Assembly (NCBI GenBank): GCA_964016885.1
Contig: OZ024741.1
Span: forward strand, 311,426,001 to 311,490,000
Source: Eledone cirrhosa
Taxonomy: Eukaryota
DNA: 64,000 nt
Direction of reading: 5' to 3'
Every line of letters starts with the position of its first letter. Position 1 is the stretch's first letter. Under the pieces are notes generated by a model that saw only the letters and a program-made list of their open reading frames with translations, made no database searches and was not told where the DNA came from. Below are positions 35,272 to 47,865 of this stretch, piece by piece. The translations under genes and the position numbers were made by a program.

Positions 35272-38200
35272 GTAAACCACAAGGGTTGACACAAAGTATA
35301 ACATTAAGGACAACACAGGACAATACAGGACGGTACAAATGGGCATTTCTGCGTGTAAAAAAACAAACACAGTGGATGTAACAAAAAAGAAAGAAGGAAA
35401 AATTCCCCAATAGGGGGGAGACTTCCGAGAGACATTCGTGGAGAAAGCCCATTAAAAAACCCAAGGTGACTCTGACCACCAGGGCAAGTGCCCTCTCACA
35501 GTTTTCCACCTTCAATTTACAGGCGCATACTCAGTGTAGGCTCATTCACTCGGGCCATGCTTGCCTCTCTCACCCATCTTTCAACAAAATGTTGGGAAGA
35601 GAGCACTTCCCTCTCTACTCTGATTTTCCTTTTCAAATGAAATTTGAAAAAGTTATTCAGGGCATCACCGAAGAGGTAAGTGCTCGTCTTCAGCCCTTTC
35701 AAACGCGTCCACAACATTATCTATTTCGCCATGGCCACCAGCCAGATAAAAACGGCCTGCCCTTCCCGGCTAAAGGAAGATGGCGGGGCAATCCTCACGA
35801 TGGACTCAGCTGATAGCCGGTTCCCTCCTAAACGCGACTGCAGGTGTACGACATAAACCCACAAGTCAGCAATTCTCGGACAATGGACGAGTACATGCAG
35901 GACGGTTTCATCACCTGCGCGCATCTCGGACATGCCCGGCTGACGGCACTTCTATGCATGTAGAGTTTATCCCGAACTGGAAAAGCTCCTCGGTATCACT
36001 GCCAAACCATGGATTTCTGGAAGTTGTCCATAGGGCCTGGTCCGAAAGTTCTCCCGAAGAGATTGGCTAGGTTAATTTCGTCGATGCCTAGAGTCTTCCC
36101 AAGTACGTCGTCAATCTTCCGCTCCACTAATTCTCTATATAACGACAAGGTGGTGTTTCCACTGATCGCATTGCCCGATTGGTCGAGGGCTGTGAACGCC
36201 TGTACCGTACCAGACCCCAAGAAATTTAACCGGTCGCGCCGTCCAGCACCCGAAGACGGTGTAGCACGGCATGGACCTGCTGCTCCAGGTGCCGTGCTGC
36301 AGGTCCACTGACTTTTCCTGGTTGATCATTACGCCTGTCACCGCCTCGTATTCTCTTAGTGTAGTGCCTTGATGTGTTTGGCGTTCGACATCACTACGGT
36401 GACGTCCGCATATGCTGACACGGATCTTTCGCACCCTAGTTCGCGCGGGACCCCCTCAACGTCTGCAGTTTGTGCAGTAATAGCTCGAGAGTCAATACGT
36501 ACAACAGGGACAAGAGGGGACATCCTTGGCGGACCGAGCGCATGATGTTGAAGGGTGCATTCTAACACAGAGCAGATGTCACTGTGCATCACAGCAATCC
36601 AGCCTCTGAAGACGGACCCAAAACCAGCCGCCCTCAGGACTGCCGCCAGATAACGATGGTCGACCCTATCGAAAGTTTTCGACTGATCTAAATTGAGTAA
36701 GGAACCACCTGTTCCTGGTTCCCTAACTACCCTCTCCACGATGTATCGCATTAAGTGTAGGTTGTCGTGGAGGGATCTGTCTGAAATGCCGCATGTCTGC
36801 GCCTCTCCAACCAGACCACCAACGACAAGTGCCAACGTCTTTGTTAGCACGTGTGCCAAGATATTGAACTCTGTATTTAGCAGACTTATGGGCCTGAAAT
36901 TATCTATGTTATCCTCCTGTTCGGATCCTTTCTCAGCAGTACCACCGCTCTTCTGCTCACAGAGCTGGGAATTCTCCCGTTATGTGACCAGATGCAGTAG
37001 ACGTCTGCCAAGAGGTCTCCGAACAAGTCTGGCATGTGTACGTAGAGTAAGTAGGGCAGATCATCCAAACAAGGCGATTTACCCCTTGTGCAGCCAGGCA
37101 TTGCCTCCCGTACTTCAGCGGCTGTTATCGGCATTTCGCAACACTCCGCCTCTGTGGACGTGGGCCGTGGCAGTCCGTCGAGGTAGGCACTAAAGTCCAT
37201 CCCGCGATCCGGCCCGCCGCTGCCCCCAAACAACTGAGCCGTTGTCGCTGAAAAGCTTCACACATTTTCCCGGAATCTAGTTACATGCACCCGTCGTGGT
37301 CCACCAATGACCGAATCGTGGCTTTGTTGCCACGACGCACCTCCGCCACTCGGGCCTATCGAACGGCTTTCGTCCCCTCGTCTCTGAGAGCACGCACCCT
37401 AGCTCTGACAACGAAGTCTTTGTGCTTTGCATTGAAAAATTGGTCGAGGGCGAATTTCGTCGCAAGCACGTCGGTCGCGATGCCTCGTATAATTTTTGTA
37501 AGAAGTTCGCCCTCTGTTTTATTTTTTTCTATTGCTAGCGCTTTACTAAACCTAAAGTACTCTATTCTAATGACTCTTTTCATGGCAAACCACCATTTGT
37601 TGTTGACGCCAGCTTAACTAATTCGCTAATCCGGTGTTATTCCTTGCGCGCTTTTAACGACGCGTTTTGCTTCCAGTAGCCGGGTCCCTCTCTATGAAGC
37701 CTATCTAAGTCAACCACACAGATCAGGAATTTGTGGTCCGTGTAGTCGACTATCTTGAATTGTGGACAGCCTATGTTAGACCTATCTATTCCCTTACAAA
37801 ATACTCTATCTAGATATGATCTGGATGACCCGATGCCGTTTGTCCATGTCCACACTGGCACATTCGGGAAATCTAGTCGGTAACTGCCAGACAGTTCAAA
37901 ACGTCTGTGCAGGTTTGCGAGGCTTTTACTCCATCCTTTCCTATCCGCTTTTCCCACACAATCCCAGCGTACATCTAATTTCCCGTTCCAGTCACCCACT
38001 AACACTAAAGAGCGGGACCTTCCAAGAAAGGTCTCCAGACGCCTGAAGACATCAGGCCACCCTGCCCCTGTCGGGGCATAGACGGCTACTAGCCTGAAAG
38101 CTTGCCCTTCTCCACTGGTCATGTCTAGCACCACCGTCTTACCTTCTAGGTGCAGGAAGTTAGACCGTATGGCGAGATCCAAACTCCTCCGAAAACATAC

Positions 38201-39860
38201 AACAACTCCTCCCCGTTCCTGGATGGCTTGGAGATGCATATACATCATAGCCGCCGAAGATCAGAGCGAAGGCTTGTGCTGATGGCCACCACACCTATGT
38301 TTAGTGACCTGAGCTCGTTGAGCAGGTGGCCGTGTTTCCATGACAACCCCAGGTCAGGCGCATTTATGCTGCCTATTCTGAGCAAGCTCAAGAAGTGGAA
38401 AAGATGGGAAAGACCACTTACCTAACTTCTTGTGGAGGAAGCATGGTTATTCTGTCCTTATCACTGCTTGTGGCTCCCTCCGGAAGGATGTCTTTATAAA
38501 TTCTCCTGGAAAGTTTTTGTCGGAAGTCTCCGATGTCCTTGGGGAAGTTTAAATTTAGTGTTGTGAATGCTTTCTGTGTGATGCGAGTGATTTGTATGTT
38601 TGTGGGTGGTGTGAATTTTTGGGGTGTTGTATAGTCTTTTTTCTGAGATACTGGTGTTGTGTCGGATGTAATGTAGCAATTGGTTCTTGTTCAAATTTAA
38701 TGCTGTGAGGTGTGTATCGGTTTGGTTGCTTTGTTTTGTTTGCGTTTCTTGTGGGTTTGTTTCTGTATCGTTTATTGGTGATTTTGTGGTGTTGGTGATG
38801 GTGGTGTTGCGGTTGATGATGGTGATGGTGTTAGTGTTTGTGGTCATGGCCTGGTTATGCTGGTCTGGATGGTGGCATAGCTGTCTCAAATTTTTTGTTA
38901 GTTAGTTTGTTTGTTAGTTTGCCCTGCACTTTGTTTGAAGGACGAAGGAAGAGGCTTTTTTCTTTTCTGGTTTTTTCTTTTTTTTCCAGATACAGTTTCC
39001 AATTACTCCTCGTCTTCACAGTCTCTCTCCAGTTGTGAGAGGGCGGAGAGTCGAAATTACTCCACAAGCGTTCGTTTTGGTTGTGGCGTGGTCGATGGTG
39101 GAGGAGCTCGTGCTAATTCTGGCACAGGGTGTGGTGGAATGATGGTCTTGCTACTGCTACTGCTACTGTTGCTGCTACAGTTGCTGTTGTCGTTGCTGCT
39201 ACAGTTGTTGCTGCCATTTCTGCTGCTGGCTTTGATGGTTGAGTCACTGAGGTGGGCAGGTGAGGTGGCCTCAACTTTTTAGGTAATGGCAAAGGCCTTT
39301 ATGTGGGTTCCTCGGCCAGAAAACAACACACCTAGGCCTTCTACCCTCAACGATTACGGTGAGGTGGCTGCCGTCATAGAGGTCTATCACCTCTGGAATC
39401 TCTTGGATGTGTTTCTGGTCCGCTTGGATCAGGAGCTCCATCGAAGATCCGCACTAGTTCTCCTGTTTTACTTTGATCACCTACACTGATTTTGTGTCAG
39501 CCTCTATGTCGGTGAGGAAGGCGGCCATTAGCCAGTGAATTTCAATGGCTGGTGGAACCTTGGTCACCCTGATCCTTACCAGCCTCTGACCACAATAACT
39601 TTGGATGAGTGTGAACTCGTCACCTTTTAATGGGGCCATGGAGTGTTCTCTGGTTTCCTCTGGGGTTTCAAAGAACACGTCCACGGTTCCATATTTTGTC
39701 CACGTCTGATGTGGGCTTTTTGAGCCCACACATGTCCCAAAGCCTTTTGGATTGGGACTAGGATGCCCGATCAACTCGGCGTGATTTTATATTTATTGTT
39801 CGAAATGATACGGTGCATAGACGCCGATGCTCCATGGTATTGGATTGGCTGATCCTGTAA
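35272..39860 (-). mobile_element. Tx1-like LINE T6 (ORF1 + ORF2 with internal deletions)
   Basis: ORF1 is similar to T1 ORF1 (ETREHSM.PLK.DEFTL). EN at 37637-38380, LDQSKTFDRVDH, AYADV, C-terminus at 35517, 3' end CCCTTGTGGT. Confidence 0.88.
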
Positions 39861-39904
39861 CCATATTTAGTACCATTGGCTTGGCTTCATTCAATTCTTC
39901 CTGG

Positions 39905-41180
39905 ATACAATTCTTACGGAATAGCCTCGATACACTCCTGGTCAGTTTGTATTTGCATTTGCATGCCTATACCTGACCAGTTCTCTCTCCTTATTTTCTC
40001 TACTTGCAACATGGTCATCCTGTCTTCGTTTCCAGCAAGGACAGACGCTGCCAGCCAACGTATGGGCATGTCGGGCGGGACCGGGGTCACTTTGACCCTC
40101 ACAATTTTCTGCCCACTGTAGGAGGGCATCAATACTATCTTCTCACTCTTTAGGGTTACCAAAGTGTAAGACATCGCCTCCTGTGGGGTGGAAAAGTGTA
40201 CGTCTACTGTGGCATATTTTTTTCCTCAGGTGATGTGGGTTTTGCGCGCACAGACGCACCCCGAGTCTTTTGGGATTTGAGTCTCCGTGGGTCTCTGCAC
40301 CCGATGTGTAATTTTACTGACAGTGTGGTATGTCACCGTCCGTAACTGCTGGTCCTTGAAAAAATCGGGTGGAAATTTCAGGGAGACTCGATTGGCATTT
40401 CTTGTCACCATGAACCTTGCGACTGCCATCTCCTCCTCTGTGACTAGCACTGTTTCGATATTTAGGACCACACCTGCAAAAGAAGCCGCCCCTCTTTCAG
40501 CGGCACCAATATTGCTCTCGGTAATGCTGTCGCTACTTGTGTTGCTGTTGGTGCTGAGATCGTTGTTACTGGCATTGATGTCATTGTTGTTGTTTTCGTT
40601 GGTACTGTTGTTGTTGTTATTGTTGTTATTGTTGTTGTATTTGTTGATACTGTTGCTGCTGTTACTGTTGTTGTGCCTGTTGTTATTATTGTTGTTTTTG
40701 TTCTTTTTGTTGATACTGTTCCCACTGTTATAGTTGTTGTAGCTGTTGTTATTGTCATTGTTATATTATATCATCTCGACCATATTGCTGTTAATTTTGC
40801 AGTTACTGTTCTTATTGATGGTGTTGTTGTTGGTGTTATTGTTGGTGTTGTTAGTGTTATTAATATTTGGTAATTTTAAGTTTGAAACAATATCATTAAA
40901 AAATATATTGTTCCTCTTTTCCTGCGTAATATTTTCTTTTATATGCACCTTCGCTAGAACGCTTGTCAACATGTCTTGTTGACATGTTGACAAAGTCTCC
41001 CTCTCTCTGAGTTGTCCAACAGCGCTCTCTCACTTTTTTGTTGAACGAATTTTCATTTTTTCAAAATTGTTTTTCATAATACGGCACCCCATATAGGGGT
41101 GCCGTATTATTTACGAGTGAACCCCTGTATTAGGTGGGTCACATCTAATATTTTATCAAGTTTAAAACTTGAATAAAAGT
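39905..41180 (-). mobile_element. Tx1-like LINE T7: 5' UTR and N-half of ORF1 (T2 subfamily)
   Basis: NIETVLVTEEEM, SLKFPPDFFKDQQL and a Thr-rich N-terminus, homologous to 27800-28500. Confidence 0.8.
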
Positions 41181-41590
41181 TTAAGAACGTGGCTTCACCG
41201 TCCATAATCTATATATCTAAAACAGGAATGTCTGTCTGTCTATCTCTCTGTCTGTCTGATTCAAACTTTACACATGTAATACCTATGGTCGTGTGACTGT
41301 TTTGAGCAAAACATATTTCGAATTTTCAATGCCCTAGGGACCGCATTAGGCGTCGTTTAGCGATCTCTCTAATTCTTAGTCTGTCTTTTTAGATAGATGC
41401 ATAGCTATGACGTCACGCCATTGTAATAACTGTCTCTATACGTTTTTAGTTTCAGAAGATCCCGTTAATGGTGAGAGTAGCGATTTCTACTTAAACATTA
41501 ATCTGTTGTTATTTAAATATATATATATATATGAAATTAATAAACATTCGTTGTACTGCCTCTCTGTTTTGTTCCTGTTCAAATTTTTCC

Positions 41591-41632
<42 letters not shown>

Positions 41633-41820
41633 CTCAAGTCACATTGGGTGAATAGGCAAATAATTTACCGTTAAGATTTTTCAAAAGCAAGTAATTGCGT
41701 TCCCTCTCTTTTTTGTTGCTGTTTTTGCAGCTGTGGAGCCTCGTGAAATAAGTACTTTTGTTTATATTTTGTATACAAAAATATATGTACACGAATATAT
41801 AATTATATATATATATATAT

Positions 41821-41985
41821 CTAGGGCGGGTAAAATTCCCGAGATCCATGGACGAGTTCTCTCCAGCAAACTATGTCCCTCATTATCACTGCCGTGTCCT
41901 GCGTCTCCAACAGACCAGTGTCTGTCCTTAGGGCATCAACATACGTTAACCTTGGTCTTCCTCTTCCAGTGTGTCCATGTAGGTT
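41821..41985 (-). mobile_element. RTE 3'-end fragment (same family as 21640-22510)
   Basis: CTAGGGCGGGTAAAATTCCCGAGATCCATGGACGAGTTCTCTCCAGC is identical to the stretch at 21646-21692. Confidence 0.85.
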
Positions 41986-43023
41986 TTCCTTGCAGTTAAA
42001 ATATGCATTTCATCATAAAATATGCATTTCATGTGTATATAAGGGCTTTATTAAGCATTTTAAAAGATATATAAGGTCTTTATTCAAACATTGTAAAAGA
42101 TTGTTGTGTATCTTCGGTGTTTTGGTTTTTTTTTTAAATCTCTTTAAACTTTTTATAGTTTTTTATAGTCTTAATTTTTATAGTTTTATAGTTTTAATTT
42201 TTATAGTCTGAAATTTTAAATGGTTTTAGTATATACTTTTAATTAATTATTTAATCTTTTGTAAACTTTCGTAATTTTTCGTAATATTTGTAATTTTTCT
42301 AATTATTTAAGATTTGACTTAAGCCAGTAACAAAGTCTGGCTAAATATATCTTTTAAACATATGTTTGTTAAAATTATCTCGTAATACCCAATAAATAAA
42401 CAAAACTGGATTTTCAATATTTTTCCAATGTATAAAATTATGCATTTAAATAATTTATCATCTATAACATGACAACCTCATCTATATTCATATATTCTTA
42501 TTAATATATTTTAATATATTTTATTTTAATATATCTTTATTTTTGAACATATCTTTATTTTTAATATAAATATAGCATAAACACATAATGTATTTACGAG
42601 ATACGTTACTCATCCTTGGATTAGCTTATTTCTTCGCATTCTCTTCCTTCATTTTTTCACTATAACCCTGCATATAATAATATTGTTTTCTCTCTTTCTT
42701 TTTCTCTCTTCTTTCTCTTGTTTTTCTCTCTCTTCTTCCAACAGTATAATTTAAATAAACGGTAGTCTTTTTAATTTTTTCGGACATTCATTTGCATACT
42801 CACACAGAACTTAGAATTACCCTCAATAAAAAATGTTACCACTATCCAGCGAACCTTCAACCGTCAAGGTTGATTTTCTAAGGGTATGTGAACATTTATT
42901 AAAGAAATTTTGTATTTTATCTGATGGAATCGCACCAAAACTGCATTGGTTGCCCTTCAAATATATATAATAAAATAATTATGGCTTTATAAATATAGTT
43001 TCCATTTATTAATATATATATAA

Positions 43024-44146
43024 CTAGCAGAGGTACCCGGCGTTGCGCGGATATTAAATAGCAGTTGTGTATACTATTTATGTCAATACTTCAGTGCTGC
43101 TTCGAAAACTATACTTTTACAAAATCATCGCCTTTTTCCAAAAGGGGGTTCCTGTCCCCAAGGGTCCCCTACCCAATATGCGCCAATTCTGAGAGTTTAC
43201 ATTCATCTGTTGGACAAACGTAGCCCATGTGTCAAGTTTTGTGAAAATCGGTTGCGAAATCCATAAGTTATGACGTTTTGTTGCATTGCAATGCAGTGCT
43301 TCAGTCGACTCCAAGGAAGTGGTTAAAGTGGTTAAAGGGGTTATCTGCCGGAGGGGGGGGGGGGGGGGGCTATAATCAATATCTGGAAAAATGACAGTGC
43401 CCATGACTATCCGGAGTACATAAGTAACCTAAGTCTTAAGTTTGGTGAAAATACTGTAGAAATGCATAAAGTTTATACATATGCGCGTGTGTTCGTGTGT
43501 GTGCGTGTGCGTATGTGTGTGTGTGTGTGTTTGTGTGTGTGTGTGGGGGTAGGTGTGTATGTATTTGTGTGTGCGTATGTATGTGTATGTCCGTCGCGGC
43601 ATACGTATGTACTGGCCTAAATCTTCACCATTTACTTTTACTATTTTAATAACCTCTGTCATTTTCGTTTTCAATTTTATTTACATCATTCTTAAACCCC
43701 GGGGCTGGAAATCATTCTGTTATTTTAAATAGAATATTAGTCTAACGACTCCATTTATACCATAAACTTGGTCTTGTCTGTGCATGAAATTGTTCTTTAC
43801 GCTGCACATAACGACCTATTATCCTCGCTTTTTTCCCGTTCATTGCCAAGCAACGTCTTCACGAAACAAAATATCGTCTTCCTGTTTTCGTTCGGTCGCA
43901 ACGTTTCTCGAAATAATTACTTCTGCGTTCACAGATTACTCTAAATTCAATTTGAATGGGAAATTCCTGTTTCATCGATTTTCTCCTTAACCATGAAAGC
44001 TTGTAGCTTGAAAGTCGACTCAACGCCTCCTCGGGTCATTCTATATAACTGTGTAAATTTTCGCTGCATTCAACCAAGCCATTTCGACGATTATCCGACT
44101 ACACCTACATATACAACGTCCGACCACTTCCAATCTATATAGTAGA
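43024..44146 (-). mobile_element. Non-autonomous Helitron
   Basis: Minus-strand 3' hairpin CCGCGCAACGCCGGG + CTAG and 5' TCTACTATATAG. An internal segment (43640-43940) recurs at 49650-49935. Confidence 0.75.
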
Positions 44147-45549
44147 CTAGCAGCTGAGCCCGGTTGCACCCGGGGCCACTTTTTATTAAGTTAATAATTT
44201 GAAAAATATTATTGAAAGTTTATTATAAAGAAGCAGTTTCAGGAAAAAAATAGAAACATGCACTTGGGGCTGGACGGCGTACAATGAGAAGTGGAGCGAC
44301 ATGAAAAGCATTGTTTATTAACAGCGAAATAGCAATGTCGATGATATGCAATTTGAAAAATACTACTTACTGTTAGTGGTGGTTAACATGTATTAGAATT
44401 AAAATAAAAACACGCGTCCCTTCTTCGCAATTTAAGGGTTTGGCGATACTTGGTTTTAGTGTCCTAAATTATCATCATCGACATTCAATTATTAGCTTCA
44501 CCCACTACACGAAACGTCACGACACGTCACCAGCTGCTGCTGCGGCTTTATTTTTATATGTTTATTTTCTTACATGCCTCATTTTTACACGAAAAAACAT
44601 TGAATTTTTAGAATAAATATTTATTTAAAATATTAACAGAGAAAATTAGATTTTTGATTTATTTTTTGAACAAAATAAATATTCATTTACAGTTTTTCAC
44701 AGAAAAACTATGCTTCATTTTTACATGAATATGTATTTACAGTTTTTAAGTTTTTAACCGAAACACTATGCTTCATTTTTACAAGAATATTTATTTACAG
44801 TTTTTAACAGAAAAAAAATTGCTGCGAAATACATTTTTTTTTAACACACGATACGTCACGAACGTAAATGTTTCGAAAAAATTTTAAACTGTATATTGCA
44901 ACAATATATTGTTTAAATACATCTTTTTTCTGTTGTTTAAAACTGTAGATCTGTTAAAAAAAATGTATTTAACCGAAACACTATCCTTCATTTTTACATG
45001 AATATTTATTTACGGTTTTTAACAGAAAAAAAATTGCTGCGAAATACATTTTTTTAAAAACAGATTTACAGTTTTTAACAACAGAAAAAAAATTTCTTTA
45101 AACAATATATTGTTGCGATATACAGTTTAACATTTTTTCGAAACATTTAACTTCGTGACGTATCGTGTAGTGGGTGGAGCTAATAATTGAATGTCGATGA
45201 TGATAATTTAGGACACTAAAACCAAGTATCGCCAAGGGTTTTATTTCTTTTGATGGAAAACAGAATCGATTTCATAAAACGGTACTGTATGATCGTTAAA
45301 TGTAGGCGGATGAAATTGTAAATAAGACAAAAGTATTAGAACAGGGGCAAATAATTCACCGAACGCGATAGTTTTGGGGCCCCAGGGACCAGAGTTTTCA
45401 AGTTAGAGATTTGAAACCTCGTCTATTTCCTTCCTTGGCACTTTTTACATAGGGGTGTAAATTCGCCTGTCAGTCCGACCACGTCTATTACCATTTAACC
45501 GTGCACATTTGAATTTCAACCACCGCCCATTTCACAAATATATATTAGA
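44147..45549 (-). mobile_element. Non-autonomous Helitron abutting the previous one
   Basis: 3' hairpin CCGGGTGCAACCGG + CTAG and 5' TCTAATATATATTTG. Its 5' ~240 bp recurs at 46288-46528. Confidence 0.75.
44442..45233. mobile_element. Merlin-like non-autonomous foldback DNA transposon
   Basis: ~80 bp TIRs begin GGCGATACTTGG and are flanked by an 8 bp TSD AAGGGTTT (44434-44441, 45234-45241). An inner ~125 bp inverted repeat and AT-rich subrepeats are present. Confidence 0.75.
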
Positions 45550-45661
45550 TTTGTTTATATATGAATGACAAAAAGAAAAGCACAAAACTATACATGAATT
45601 GTTTCTACTAAACCTTCAATTTAAGACACAACCTACATATTTGATAGGACTCCAGCTCACA

Positions 45662-45800
45662 TCTTCTTCTTCTTCTTCTTCTTCTTCTTCTTCTTCTTCT
45701 TCTTCTTCTTCTTTTGCACCCCCTGGAACATTGGGCTGCGATCCACCCCCACACATCGCCATGTTCTGAGTCTGGTTTTCAACTCCACCGTGATGCACGG
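45662..45800 (-). mobile_element. (GAA)n tract with adjacent possible RTE-like LINE 3' end
   Basis: About 17 GAA units follow CAGAACATGGCGATGTG..ATCGCAGCCCAATGTTCC on the minus strand, resembling an RTE C-terminus plus tail. Confidence 0.45.
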
Positions 45801-46142
45801 TGCGTCATGGTGTATCTAACCATTTTTTTACGTCTTACTACGGCTGATTTCTTCCAAAGAGAAAGAAAGAGATGGAAAAAGGCAGAGAAGATTCATCCCC
45901 GGAGGAATAATAAAAAATGTTTACACTGTACATTTCATTTTTACAAAGCTAAAGCTGCCGATCCAAAATCAGTAATTAAACTCCCTGAAAACTTTCAAAT
46001 ATATGCAGTTCTAGCATGAATATTATGCTAAGGATAAGCTGTCCACAAAGTAAGATTCACTTGCATATTCCCGCTCATATAAACACATAAATACATGCAT
46101 ACATACATCACAGTTGATATTTATTTTTATTAAAGCGTTTTC

Positions 46143-46232
<90 letters not shown>

Positions 46233-46287
46233 CGAAACATAAGTCAATTGCATGAACTCATAATCCTTTATTTACTGCATTATTTGT

Positions 46288-46528
46288 ATGAAATTGTAAA
46301 TAAGACAAAAGTATTAGAACAAGGGGAAATAACTCACCGAACGCGATAGTTTTGGGGCCCCAGGGACCACATTTTTCAAGTTAGAGATTTGAAACCTCGT
46401 CTATTTGCTTCCTTGGCACTTTTTCCATAGGTGTGTAAATGTTCATGTCAGTCCGACCACGTCTACTACCATTTAACCGTGCACATCTGAATTTCAACCG
46501 CCACACATTTCACAAATATATATTAGAT
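46288..46528 (-). mobile_element. Helitron 5'-end fragment
   Basis: Close copy of 45310-45549. Confidence 0.7.
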
Positions 46529-47348
46529 TATATATTCGTGTACATATATTTGTGTATACACAATAACAAAATATAAACTAAAGTATTTATTTCACGAGGC
46601 TCCACAGCAGCAATAATAGAGGGAACGCAATTACATGCTTTTGAAAAATCTTAACGGTAAATTATTTGCCTATTCACCCAAGGTGACTTCACTTTTTATT
46701 AGGACTTCTGCATCAATTGGTGAACCTACGACGAAACTGTTTCAGAAACGAGGGATAAACATCTATGTTTAGAATCCCGAACAACGCCAGGCTATTCTAC
46801 TAGTATAACTATAATAAAGAAAGGATTGCAGGACTGCATCCAGAATATATTTTTTTATCCTGTTTGTAAAATAAGTTGGATTACTTTGAATAATTAATGA
46901 ATGAATAATACATAATTTATCTACTAAATTTCGTAACACTTGATTAAACATATATTAAAAATATTATTGCATAATTCAAGAATCACTTCTTTTAAAGAAT
47001 TCAAATTTCAATAAATCCTGTATATCTATACGATAGATATATATATATAGATTATATATATATAGAGATTTCTAATTACCTCCTCCATTATATATATATT
47101 GTATGCCTTTTGTGTGTGTGTAGCCTCTGCACACCCTCTGCACCCTACTATCGACGCCACCCCATCTATGGCTCAACTAACCACTCGACTCCCGGGAATG
47201 AATATGACCACAGCTAGTAAACAAGGACCCAAACCCCACCCTCCCGCACCAAAATTAGACTTATCGTCCCCTGCTTTTGCTCTTTACTCTCTTTACTCTT
47301 TGTTCTTGAATGTTTGGTTGGTAGAGTCCATAACACCAACCAAACCCC

Positions 47349-47409
47349 TTTTATAGCTCTGACGAATCCTACGGTTACGTAAGGAAGAAACATTGTAAGC
47401 CAATAAAAA
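47349..47409 (+). ncRNA. Minimal type I hammerhead ribozyme in a solo PLE-like 3' end (about 47070-47420)
   Basis: TTTTATAGCT-CTGACGA-ATCCTACG-GTTA-CGTAAGGAA-GAA-AC-ATT-GT-A-AGCCAATAAAA; same stem III/tail style as the PLE1 ribozyme; the base of stem II is imperfect. Confidence 0.78.
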
Positions 47410-47421
47410 TCTGTTGATGTT

Positions 47422-47458
47422 GTTAACCTCGGCGGGATTTGAACTCACCTCGGCGGGA
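47422..47458 (-). mobile_element. SINE fragment
   Basis: GTTAACCTCGGCGGGATTTGAACTCA with a local duplication. Confidence 0.6.
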
Positions 47459-47823
47459 TGATTAATTTGAATAAATAATGAATGAATGTTACATAATTTA
47501 TCTACTAAATTTCGTGGTGTTCATTAAATATATTTTATTATTTATTTAATGATTCACTTCTTTAACATTTTCAAATGTCAACGCTTCGGGTGGCGATCGC
47601 TTAAATAAACATACTGATTTTCTGTCACTAAATTTCTGCTAATGCAGTTTATTTATAATATCATCTTTTTTTTAACGTATCATGGATTACGTTACTGATT
47701 ACATAAGAGAGTGTAACACCGTCTTCGTTCAATTTGTATGTATATTGTCAATTACGATTTTATTTGATGTATCATATCTACATTTATATATACTTGCGTA
47801 TAATATCAATATACGCACTTAAC

Positions 47824-47865
47824 ATGCTATCTGAAAACCACCCAACGGGTGGTTTTTCTGCTAGC
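47824..47865 (+). repeat. Palindromic CTAG-terminated end of a Helitron-like repeat (second copy 49293-49332)
   Basis: AAAACCACCC-AAC-GGGTGGTTTT-TCTGCTAG and CTAGCAGAAAA..TTTTCTGCTAG; about 70 bp of upstream similarity between the two copies. Confidence 0.55.

Noticed and set aside
40287-40982. Poly-Leu/Val membrane-like ORFs (also 27082, 28246, 38911)
   Set aside because: Antisense readings of Thr-rich Tx1 ORF1.
44690-45100. Regularly recurring AT-rich units suggesting a CRISPR-like array
   Set aside because: No unique spacers or cas genes; they are subrepeats of a foldback transposon in a eukaryotic context.
46228-46250. GACGAAACATAAGTC half-hammerhead next to (TA)n
   Set aside because: No CUGANGA box or stem partners found.
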